Assembly (NCBI GenBank): GCA_002269645.1
Contig: NIVC01002567.1
Location: 62,001 to 126,000, forward strand
Origin: Macrostomum lignano
Taxonomy: Eukaryota
DNA: 64,000 nt
Direction of reading: 5' to 3'
Made by a program: the position numbers and the translations under genes. Shown piece after piece: positions 53,172 through 63,489 of this stretch; positions within the stretch are counted from its first letter, which is position 1, and every line of letters starts with the position of its first letter. Below the pieces are notes generated by a model that searched no databases, was not told the DNA's origin, and saw only the letters and a list, made by a program, of their open reading frames with translations.

Positions 53172-54086
53172 TAGGGATTCCAAAATCCCGACATTTTACA
53201 ATCCCGGGATTGAATAGTCCCGAAATCCCGATGCTGTTGAAATCCCGGGATTCAAAATCCCGGAATCCCGGTGCTTTTGCAATCCCGGGATTAAAAATCC
53301 CGGGATTCGATTCCCAAAAAAATCCCGGGATTCAAATCCCGGATTTTTGGCCCCAATCCCGGGATCCCGGGATCCCGGGATTGGAATCCTAAGACGGACT
53401 GTGCGGCGTGCCGCGTGCAGTAGTCATGGTCTCGCGACTCTCAGAGTCTCAGGGCCTTTTCATATTACCAATTCCAGAACCAGAATCGGTTCGGAATTCC
53501 AAGAAAAACAGCAGTATAACTATTAAACTCTGTTAATATTTGACTGCCTTAACAGCCTCACTTTGCACGATTTTTCACTTTCTTCTTGGCGACTGTCATT
53601 CAATGATAAAAACTTTATAGCACGTATCTCCCTCTAGTTATGGAGACAAAAAGTTTATACTTCACAAATTGGTTCTGGTTCTGGAACCAGAACAAGCACT
53701 ATGAAAAGGCCCTCAGTCTCGTCTCGTGGTGGAAAACGAAAAAAAGTTAAAATTATCTATCATTTACAGTTCACATTAACAATTTTTAGCTCAATTAGGA
53801 CAGGAGCTTTGCAAAATGTTTAACGTTTCATTGAGAAACAGCAAAAACAAATAAATGTTTTATTATTCAAATAAACGTTTAGACTTTAAATTATCTAACT
53901 TAGGCATTGAAAGGTTGTTCTAATCCCGGACCAATCCCGGGATTAAGGCCTTGAAACCCCGGGATCCCGATCCCGGACTTTTGCAATCCCGGGATTAGAA
54001 ATCCCGGGATTCGATTCCCAAAAAAATCCCGGGATTCAAATCCCGGATTTTTGGCCCCAATCCCGGGATCCCGGGATTGGAATCCC
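53172..54086. mobile_element. Composite MITE cluster: two ATCCCGGGAT-palindrome elements (53172-53391; about 53920-54086) around a TIR element (53451-53713)
   Basis: Both outer copies share TTTTGCAATCCCGGGATT...TTGGAATCC. The inner element has AGGGCCTTTTCATA/TATGAAAAGGCCCT TIRs. The whole cluster is flanked by AACCTGCA at 53164-53171 and 54087-54094. Confidence 0.75.
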
Positions 54087-54665
54087 AACCTGCAACCTTG
54101 TCCAACCAACCAGCCAACGAACTAGTAGCTACTGCTAATATTAAAACCAACACTATACTACTAGTCTAATAAACGCTAGGAATATGTTATAACAATGGGT
54201 GTAAACAATAAGAAAGAGGGAGAGAACGAGCGACGATGCACAAACAGCACAACAACGCGCGCAATATGAGGCGCAGATTCATTGTAATTATGAGATGAAA
54301 ATATTGAAAAATATTGGGGCCTATATATAAAGGAGAGATGAGAAAGTTACAACAAAAAGAGCATTATCTAGATTTCACAATTACCAATTAATTAGTTATG
54401 TTAATAGCTACTTATTAATTAATTAATTTACCTCAAGAAACGCTCTAATTTTGCGACGTAAATCTTGTCTTAATTTTCTTTTGTGTAGTGTATAAAAACT
54501 CCAATTTTTTCTTTTCGTCTGTGATCTGGTCCCACATATTGTGACTTAAAAATGAGCCCCCATTTTGTGCTAGCTCTGTTCTGTATACATAGAGCGTTTC
54601 AATAGGTTCAATTTTATAATAATATTTTTATCGTTTATGGTCAAAGTTATCAATCAATTAAGTTC

Positions 54666-56220
54666 TTACTGATGTCGAGCTGATGTCGAGCAACAAAAAC
54701 CTCGACGATCTAGATGATGGCGATGGGGACATCTGCTCGATGCAGCTGGATGCCATGATTGTTGCCTGCCGACGCCGCCGCTTCTGATCCGCATAGGTTG
54801 TCGCCTGCGAAAGCGAAAGAAACGTCGACGCTGCACCGCTTTCATCTGGCCTGTCAACAACAATAGCGAGCTGCTGATCATCGACGGCGGCGGCGGCGGC
54901 GGCGGCAGCGGCGGCTTCATCCTCCGCCGAGATAGACTTTTGTGGCAGCGGCCTTCGACGACGTCTACTACCGGAAGGTGGCTGCTGACGATGCTCAGAT
55001 TGCTTTTTTTGTTGTTGTTGTTGTTGTTGTTGTTGTTTTTGTTGTCTAGATATAGAACTGGCTTCAGCAGCAGCATCAGCGGCGCCGCGGCGGCGGTACG
55101 TCCAGCCACCAGAGCAGCAATCGTCGCCTGCATATTGGTCTTATTGGACAACATAGAGTCCGTGGCATAATGCCTAAACAGCATGGCCTCCGACGTCTCC
55201 ATCAGGCTGGCTAGTGATCTTGTCAGCACAGGATGACTGGCGGTCAAGATGGTCGTTTTGGAGCTGCGGAACACTGTCGGCCCTACGCCTCTGCGATTTA
55301 ACAGGCGGGCAGCGTGCGATTCCACCGCGTGGCTGTATGTGCTGACTGACATCTTCTTGCCAGCACGCGTACAAAATACAAACGGAGATGCGGCGGCGGC
55401 AGCGGCGAATGCAGACGAAGAAGCAGCGGCTGTCAGCGAATAGCGCCATGACCGCAGCAACTCAAAGAATGCAGTTGGCACGATTGTCCATCCGGTAGAC
55501 ACTGTCGGGTTGAATGTAATCCCAGCGCAGTCCAATCCATGGCCGAATGCGTTGCGGATGCTGCATAGTCGCATGCATGACCAATCTGTTGCGCCCGCTG
55601 CTGTTGCTGCTTGGCGCGAGCAGATCAACGCAGTCAGCTAGGACAATGCGCCATTCGCCATCAGTTAGCCGCTTCTTGCGCTTTTTAGCGTGATGCTCCG
55701 GTGCGTCGAGCTTGTAGCGAAAGTCGTGCGTCTGACGCAGTGTGCGCATTCGTTTCGAAAACATGGCGCACCGCTCGCTCAGCACGACAGTCAGCTCGAT
55801 CGGCAGCTGCATCCAACCGCCCATGTAGTGGCGATGTTTGCCGGGATCATACTCGACGAACATTTCAATAAATTTCATGCACTTTATCAGCGCCTCGGAA
55901 CGGTTGCGCACAGTCCCGCTGCTCGTACTGGTGCGCGACAGCTCGGCGGCAGCCTCCGACGGCTCGGCCAGACAATACTCAAAGTCGCGCCGATGGTGAA
56001 GCTGACGCGCTCGAGAGATGTTGGCCTGCAGGTTGTCAGCGTCGAGATCGACAGCGGCCGCCGCCACAGTTTCAGCATATGCCACCGACGCAATTTTGTC
56101 AAACAGGAACACTAACAGGCGCAGCAGGGCGTCCAGCGCATCGCAGTAGCCGTCAATATCGGGATCACGGATGCCGGTGGATGGGTACCAGTAAAGATAC
56201 TCTATCGCCTGTTGTCGCCG
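54666..56220 (-). pseudogene. Tyrosine recombinase-like gene, frameshifted
   Basis: Helical N-terminal region; box I-like QRIRPWIGLRWDYI (about 55554-55513); after a frame change IVPTAFFELLRSWR, FVFCTRAG, GPTVFRSSKTT (box II Arg) and LASLMETSEAMLFRHYA (Tyr at 55169-55167). Confidence 0.65.
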
Positions 56221-56671
56221 CAGTAAGCCGACAGCACGGGGGATGCCCGTTTGACTCGGGGAAGCGGCGGCGGCGGCGGCGGCGGCAGCGGGATAGCGGA
56301 TAATGCAGGCGTAGCCGCCGCCAAAGCCGAAGGCGCAGGTGGAGCCGCTGACTGAGGCGCAGGTGGAGCCAATGATGAAGCTGCTGCCAGCGCAGGCCGA
56401 GCCGCCTCCGGTGCCATGTCCTCAACAGCCGCTGCCGCCGGTGTGCCAGTCGACAATAACAGACGGGCATGCTTCTTGGCGTGCTTCGCAGCATCCCTGT
56501 ACCACATAGCACGCTCCGCGAAATATTTCTCGGCGCGATCAGAGCGCGTCGCGGCCGCTTCTTCGGCTGGGCGAAGGATCAGGCGCCGCCAGTGCCACGT
56601 CGTCGCCAGGGGTTAGCGAAATGGGCGGCAACGCCTCCTCGCTGTTTCCGGACGCACGGAGCCCCCTGCAG

Positions 56672-56917
56672 CTAAGTCAAGTCAAAGAAGTGCCACGTCG
56701 TTCGCTGCAGCGGCGTCCAGGTGGCCACACTACTCGCCACCGTGCCTGCAGATGAATTAATTGATGCATCCTGGCACCAGACGGCATGCTTGGCGAAAAA
56801 GTGCCGCTTTAGAGTGTCGACTCGAGGCGTCGCGTAATTACAACCTTCGATTGGACAGGGCCTGGCCGTCGGCTTAGCAGATTTCTGCTGCTTCGGAACC
56901 GTGCTGACCGACGCCAC
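56672..56917 (-). pseudogene. C2H2 zinc-finger ORF, probably the 5' part of the recombinase gene
   Basis: CPIEGCNYATPRVDTLKRHFFAKH = C-x4-C-x12-H-x4-H; begins at GTG; followed by a broken Pro/Ala-rich linker (56507-56202). Confidence 0.6.
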
Positions 56918-57029
56918 CGCAGAGATGCCTGAGCACGCGTGAGAGAGATATATATTGCGCTCTTATACAGCGAATAATAATTAAAAGCGTGACCATAAAC
57001 AAAACAAAAATTTCAAGACAGATATAACG

Positions 57030-57746
57030 CACCAGGAACGGCACATGGCCCGCATATATGATACTGCCGACCCATTTGCTCTGCACATGGGCCTTGTGCT
57101 TTGCGTTTATGACAAATCTATCCCTATTCATGAGCAGCAGAAGCTGCCCCTTGCCGCCTGTGCCGGCTGCAGTTCATCAAAGAATAGGCACTGTGTATGC
57201 CTAATTTTAATCCGTCGAACGGAAAGGCTTCGGAGAGTCTGGCGCGTAGACAGTCTCTCGGCCGAAATGTAAGCCGACCATCGCCGACTTGCCCACTCCA
57301 CTGGGGCCCCACAAAAAAATTATTGTTGGAACAGCCAGTCCTTGTCGCATGGCTGTGCAAATTTCACGCTGTATTGCACAGGCGCCACCAAGCGACAGTC
57401 TCTGTGTGTCGTTGTTGCTACGCGACGCCGCATTTGATGTTGTCGTCGACGCCACGACAGCTGGAAATTGGCAGACGCCGCACATGCTTGGCCGTACCAG
57501 ATTGGCCGGCATGGGGCTGATGCCTAGCTCCTCCACCCGGATGCGGCGCATCATTTGGACAGAGCTGAAATAGTCCAGCGTCTGTCTAAGCAACAACGGA
57601 TGGCCGCACACTAGCTGCGGATCGTCGGGCCTCGGCTGCATGCAGCCCAAAGGGTGGGACATGGCCCACCGATACAACAACACATTCCTGGACAGGCAGC
57701 CGTCGTCAATGTCCGTGACGGCTGCTGTCGGGTCGTTAAGTGTCAC
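57030..57746 (-). pseudogene. Superfamily 3 helicase (CRESS Rep/picorna-like P-loop), in several frames
   Basis: Walker A IIFLWGPSGVGKS; PFDG; Walker B QCLFFDEL (frame not in the ORF track); B'/C-like LLLLMNRDRFVINAKHKAHVQSKWVGSIIYAGHVP. Confidence 0.72.
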
Positions 57747-57849
57747 GCGGCGTATCTCCGCGTGTGCACTCTGTACACTCCCGATCTCAGCATTTGTCCA
57801 CCCTTTAGCGGCGAACGCGTCCTCCCTGGGCCCCGACGCAAACAGCCTA

Positions 57850-58430
57850 TCAGATCTACTGTGCTATGTAGAAATTGCACAACACTGAACTTTCTCAAAC
57901 CTGAAATTAACGTCCACAGGGGACATAAGAAGGACTGGAAACTGTCCCCTATCGAAAATTCGACAATCGCTATCGGCGATGAAAGTCTCTCTGAGCCCGG
58001 GCAAGCGCACCCAGATGTACAAATTGAGATTTTTCCAAATCTACGCGCTGAGAACTTAATCAAGGTGCTGCGTGAGCAGTTGAAGAACCCTAGCTCAGCT
58101 GTCAAAGTGGTCATTCTCTTCCCTTGTGGTCATGACCTGTCGAGACAATTTGAAGGTTTCCAATTTCCAACAACAATCGTGAATCATTGTCGCAAGGCCT
58201 TTCCAGAGACAAACATCTACACACTTGACTCAGTGGTGGATGTCGAGGCAACGGACAGCGTCCGAAGCAACGTGGACAAATTGAACCGCCATGCGCGGAA
58301 TCTCAACCAGCAGGGGCACGTGTCACTACCCAGACAGGGTTTGACCTTCCTGTCAGACAAGGTTACACTATCTGACCAATCGGCCTTGGAGGTCTTCAGG
58401 ATTGTCTATGGCAAAGTGCAAAAAGACTAG
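57850..58430 (+). CDS. SGNH/GDSL esterase-like ORF of the Penelope-like element
   Basis: TIAIGDESL (GDS block), EIFPNLRAENL (FPG.R block), VVILFPCGHDL (GxND block), FLSDKVTL (DxxH block); separated from RT by TAG TAG in the same frame. Confidence 0.5.
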
Positions 58431-58442
58431 TAGGTTTTAGGA

Positions 58443-60699
58443 ATGCGGCCAGCAGCCAAGTCAAATTTATCAAATTATCGTCTCTCTGAATGCAAAACCG
58501 AAATTTTAGGAATGGGGAAGAACTTTGTGCCAGCCCCAATTATTATGGGGTCCAGCGTCCTTTCTGACTCCATCAAGGTTTTCAAGCAGAGAATAGTGCT
58601 TAACTTCCTGCTTCAGCGTCGCACGTGTGCTTTCACCCCGCGCACCCCTTTTACTGGCCGAGCTTCAATCCCCAACATCAACTTGGACAAGTGGCGCTCT
58701 CACAGAGACCTTTTTGAAAGCCTAGACAAGATCAGAATTCCAAGAATCATACACAACAAGCCAAACCTTCAGGAGCAGCAGAGAATGGCACTGAAGATTC
58801 TTCGAGACAAAAGCAGTATCGTCATTAAACCTGCCGACAAGGGCAGCAATATGGTCGTTATGAATCGAACTGATTACATACTGGAAGCTAACAGACAGCT
58901 CTCCAACAGGACCTTCTACCAACCCCTAGACACTGCAATGAGCGCCCAGACCAGTGCCATTATCAAAGCCATTTTTCAAGATCTTAAAGAAGAAAAGATA
59001 ATTACTAATCATCAATACTCGCAACTGATTCCACCGTCTATTCCTAGAGATCGAATTTTTTTACCTCTTGCCAAAAATTCACAAGGATCCCGAAGAATGG
59101 CCTACTCCTGGAGTGCCTCCTGGGAGACCCATTGTCTCAGTCTGCAGCTCGGAAAGCTACATGAGCGCCAAATTTATCGATCTCTTTCTACAGCCGATCG
59201 CTATGGAATAAGACTCCTTCATCCGAGACACGGACCACTTTCAAGCGGCTATCAATGATTTGATTTTTGAAAAAGACGAAAATGTATTTCTGGTTACAAT
59301 GGATGTTGAATCCCTGTACACCAATATACCCACTGATAAGGGGATGGATGCCATTAGAGATGCCTTTCAAAAATTTCCCCAAACCTCAAGGACAGATAAT
59401 CATCTTCTTGCGCTCCTGGATATTAACTTGAACAAAAATGATTTTGTTTTTAACGACACGCGCTATCTTCAAGTCAAAGGCACAAGCATGGGAAAGTCAT
59501 TTGCGCCATCCTACGCCACCATCTTTATGTCTGCCTGGCAATCCAAAGCTTTAGAAGCTGCTCCGTTTACCCCTCGTTCTTCAAGCGCTACATTGACGAA
59601 ATTTTTATGGTTTTCGTCGGCACTGAAGTCGAACTAAAGGAGATGCACAGGCATCTGAATGAGTTCGATAGCAACACCCGACTCAAGATGCAATACAGCA
59701 GAGAAAAGGTTCACTTCCTGGACTGTTGTGTCAGTCTGGCTGACGGAGGGAGGCAACAGCAACAAGAGACTTTCGTGCTCAATCTACTTCAAACCCACCG
59801 ATTCACGCCAGCTCTTACATCCGGGATCTTTTCACTCAAAGCACACATTCAAAGGTATACTGAAATCTCAGTTCCTCCGTTACGCTCGCCGTTGCACATT
59901 TAAAGAAGACTTCGATGAGGCCAGCAGCAGCTTAACAAGCATCCTGAAGAATCAAGGATATTCTGTCCGCTTAATCAGGGATGCCAAGAAATCTGCTCTC
60001 ATCCAGCTAGGCTTCTACATTGATGGTCGGTGGGAGTTCGGCTTCCAGGATTGTGGCAATCTAAGCTGCCGTCCTTGCAGAGAGCACGGGCCTTTGGCCA
60101 AGTTTGTTTAGGGTCCAGCGCTACAAATATGATTTACAAAATTTGTCAAAAAGTCCGCAGGAATGTGGTGTATGCCATTCTGTGCAAGACTTGCAATGAC
60201 CGCTGTATCTACGTAGGTGAGACTGGAGGCGCTCTTAAAGTCAGACTTCAGGCTCACCTGAGCGACATCAGACTGGCTAAGGACACCCCAATCTCCAGGC
60301 ACTTTCGGTCACCAAACCACAATATTCAGGACCTCCGCTTTATGGGTCTGTGGTACCTCAGTACTGAGTGCCTGGCCACTAAAGAGGGCGCTCAACGCAG
60401 GCGGAGGAATATGGAGCAGAAGCTCATCGCTTTACTATAGACTCAGACTCCAGCAGGCATAAACACCGTCATCACTGAAAAAAGACGCCTGCATCCCAAT
60501 AGTGATCCCTTTCACGGACCACTCTGGGCGAGTTGTTCATCAAATTCGCACGTCCATTTCAAACCACGCTGCAGAGCTGGACACGGCGGCCGTCTATTCT
60601 CGCTCACGCTCATTAAAGGACATTCTATGTCCATCCAATCTGCCCGCCGTAACTAATGGTCGATCCCAAAACTCAAACCTCTTTTCAGATGAGCACTAG
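58443..60699 (+). pseudogene. PLE reverse transcriptase and GIY-YIG endonuclease
   Basis: Frameshifts near 59060 (7 T), 59575, 59770 and 60105; in-frame stops at 59209 (TAA) and 60438; C-terminal IPF...YSRSRSLKDILCPS extension. Confidence 0.9.
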
Positions 60700-61431
60700 A
60701 TGTACAGGTGTACACATGCGTTGCAACGTGCCCGCCTAACCATATTGATCATTTTTTTACACGTGGTTTTTGTACTCACTGTTGAAATGAACAAGTCATG
60801 AGCTGAGAGTTTGCGAGACAAGACGAAAGTGCCAAGTGCACCGACAACCAACGATACGATTTATTACAAGCGAGGGTCAATAGTAGCCACCCCCACCCCA
60901 GGGCTAAAACACCAACAATGTACATTAAAATCACGATAGAGCAGAGACGTGCAAAGAGCGTGAGCCACGGACCATGAGTACACGCACAGAGTTAAGAACA
61001 CAAACAATACACGGAGTAAAAGCGCACCCCAACCCCACGCACCAGGCCCAACACTCACTATAAATAGTGAGTTAAATTTATAATTTACTAATTTACTAAT
61101 TTACAAATTTTACTTAAAGTTAAAGGTGAATCGGAATATCTGATAATGAAAAACTCAAGGCAGGCAGATAGGGCGATCCCGCAGAGAAAATGAGTAATCA
61201 ATGTCTTGTTTTCCTATGGAGTATTAAATATATACAGAGCTAATAATGAAAAATTAATCGACCATTTTTAGCGAGAAAACGTTTGCTGATTAAGCATTTG
61301 AAAAATTGGTTTTGATTAAAAGATCCTACTAAAAGTAGAGCGAATGGCATGGACAGATAAAGTATCAGAAATTCAATCAATAACTCGTCGATAAGCGAGA
61401 CCCGATCCCGAAATTTTCCGAAGGCTCTCCT

Positions 61432-61962
61432 TCAACGGTGCCGCGCGAACGCCGGCTTTCCGGTGGTTTGCTCGATGAAGTCCAGCTCCCGCTTCATCTG
61501 GCACACGGAGCAGGCCATACAGCAGCCGGTGGTCACGCAGCAGTCCTCGATGGCGCCGCCTCGGATGCCGTGGGCGGCTCGCAGTTTGGTGCGGTAGACC
61601 AGCGAAGCCGACTGACCGGACAGCGACAGGCAGAACGGAGCGCAGCAGCTCTCGCCGAACCTGTGCGACAGGCAGCAGCACATGTAGCAGGGGCAGCACC
61701 AGTACACCAGGCAGCAGGATTCGAAGTCGTCAAAACAGCCGCAGACGCTTGACGACCAGTTGCGCAGTCCATCGGCAGATTGGCCTACGTACAGCTGCTG
61801 GGAGACGACCGTCATTTGGTAACCGGCACTCCCTGCTGACTGCTCATAACCAACCCTGTAGGGGTCGCTGCCGGCTCCCGGCATCGGCTGCTGCTGCTGC
61901 ACCTGCTGTGGCTGCTTCTGGATAACTCCATCTTCCTGCGGCGGCTGGGCGGCTTCGGCCAT
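61432..61962 (-). CDS. PLAC8/cornifelin family protein, paralog 2
   Basis: WSSSVCGCFDDFESCCLVYWCCPC...FGESCC...RTKLRAAHGIRGGAIEDCC...CSVCQMKREL; ATG at 61962. Confidence 0.92.
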   Translation of the reverse strand: MAEAAQPPQEDGVIQKQPQQVQQQQPMPGAGSDPYRVGYEQSAGSAGYQMTVVSQQLYVGQSADGLRNWSSSVCGCFDDFESCCLVYWCCPCYMCCCLSHRFGESCCAPFCLSLSGQSASLVYRTKLRAAHGIRGGAIEDCCVTTGCCMACSVCQMKRELDFIEQTTGKPAFARHR

Positions 61963-62049
61963 TGTGGTTCTTGACACGGTGGGTCGGGCTGGGGGCTGCA
62001 GTTGCGATCGCTTCAGTGGCTCTGGAGATAGATTGATGGATAGATTATT

Positions 62050-62735
62050 AGTGGATAGATCATTTGTGAATAGATCATTTGTGAATGGATCACTTGTGAA
62101 TAGATCAATTGTGAATAGATCATTTGTGAATAGATCATTTGTGAATAGATCATTTGTGAATAGATCATTTGTGAATAGATCATTTGTGAATAGATCATTT
62201 GTGAATACATCATTTGTGAATACATCATTTGTGAATACATCATTTGTGAATACATCATTTGTGAATAGATCATTTGTGAATCGATCATTTGTGAATAGAT
62301 CATTTGTGAAAAAATTATTTGTGAATAGATCGTTTGTGAATAGATCAATTGTGAATAGATCATTTGTGAATAGATCGTTTGTGAATAGATCATTTGTGAA
62401 TAGATCATTTGTGAATAGATCATTTGTGAATAGATCATTTGTGAATAGATCGTTTGTGAATAGATCATTTGTGAATGGATCACTTGTGAATAGATCATTT
62501 GTGAATAGATCATTTGTGAATAGATCGTTTGTGAATAGATCATTTGTGAATAGATCATTTGTGAATAGATCATTTGTGGATATATCATTTGTGAATAAAT
62601 CATTTGTGAATAGATCATTTGTGAATAGATCAATTGTGAATAGATCATTTGTGAATGGATCACTTGTGAATAGATCAATTGTGAATAGATCATTTGTGAA
62701 TAGATCATTTGTGAATAGATCATTTGTGAATAGAT
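62050..62735. repeat. 15-bp minisatellite
   Basis: (GTGAATAGATCATTT)n. Confidence 0.96.
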
Positions 62736-63489
62736 CCGTTTTAGATGGATCATTTTGTTCTAAGTTCTTGACTGCGCTTATGTTATCAATAAGCTAGAGA
62801 AACGCTTCTTAAGTTAAAGTACATTTAACTTGAATTGGAAAAAACATCAAGAAAAACTTACGTGATTCTTGCAAAAAGTTTTCTTTGTTGAATTCCTTCT
62901 TATACTGCCGAGACGAGTCCTTCTAGTTTTTCAAAATTACAAGCAAATTTCTGACGGATGCTACCTTTTGGGCTCGAGATTTCCAAGAAATTATATTTTC
63001 TTTTATGCTGTCTGCTCGGTACTGTATGAAGCGCAATGAGGTGGGGGTGTAAACACTCAGAGACTACATGAGTAAATTCAATAGTTTTCTGCGTGCATTG
63101 TGAATACCTTGTGGCAGCCCGACTTTGGCTACACAATTATGCGCAATTAACACAGAACTCGGCGGTGGAAAGCTCGATTTTGGTGTGCGCAACCACGTCT
63201 CTTTCGAAACGAAAAAAATTATGCGAGAGACCTTTTTATCTAGCATACATTCTCTTTTTATTTATTTATATTGAAATGAGAAATGCTTTTTACATCTGTT
63301 TCCTCGCTCAAGCAAATTAAGGGTTTACAGTCCCGCCATGCGACCAAGAAACATAATGAAATAATGGATGCTCGATTTTGATGAAGGGGCCATTCGTAAG
63401 TAAGTGCAAAGATGATCACAGACAGGGGCTGCTTATGTTTATGTTATAGTTTGACCACAGAATATTGATTGACTTGTACCTGAGGGTGC

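Larger units (their letters stand above)
57850..61075 (+). mobile_element. Penelope-like retroelement (Neptune-type architecture), decayed; boundaries approximate
   Basis: SGNH-like ORF; NLSNYRLS; YLLPKIHK...GRPIVS; LVTMDVESLYTNIP; YLQVKGTSMGKSFAPSYATIFM; RYIDE; VHFLD; YFKPTD; CGNLSCRPCREH; GIY-YIG NVVYAILCKTC...YVGETG...RLQAH; AGIN. Confidence 0.93.

Noticed and set aside
54666-56220. DIRS/Ngaro retrotransposon
   Set aside because: No LTR-type RT/RNase H or split terminal repeats; the only RT nearby is Penelope-type and on the opposite strand.
59209-59211. Selenocysteine recoding in the PLE
   Set aside because: The in-frame stops are TAA/TAG, not TGA, and are accompanied by frameshifts; ordinary decay.
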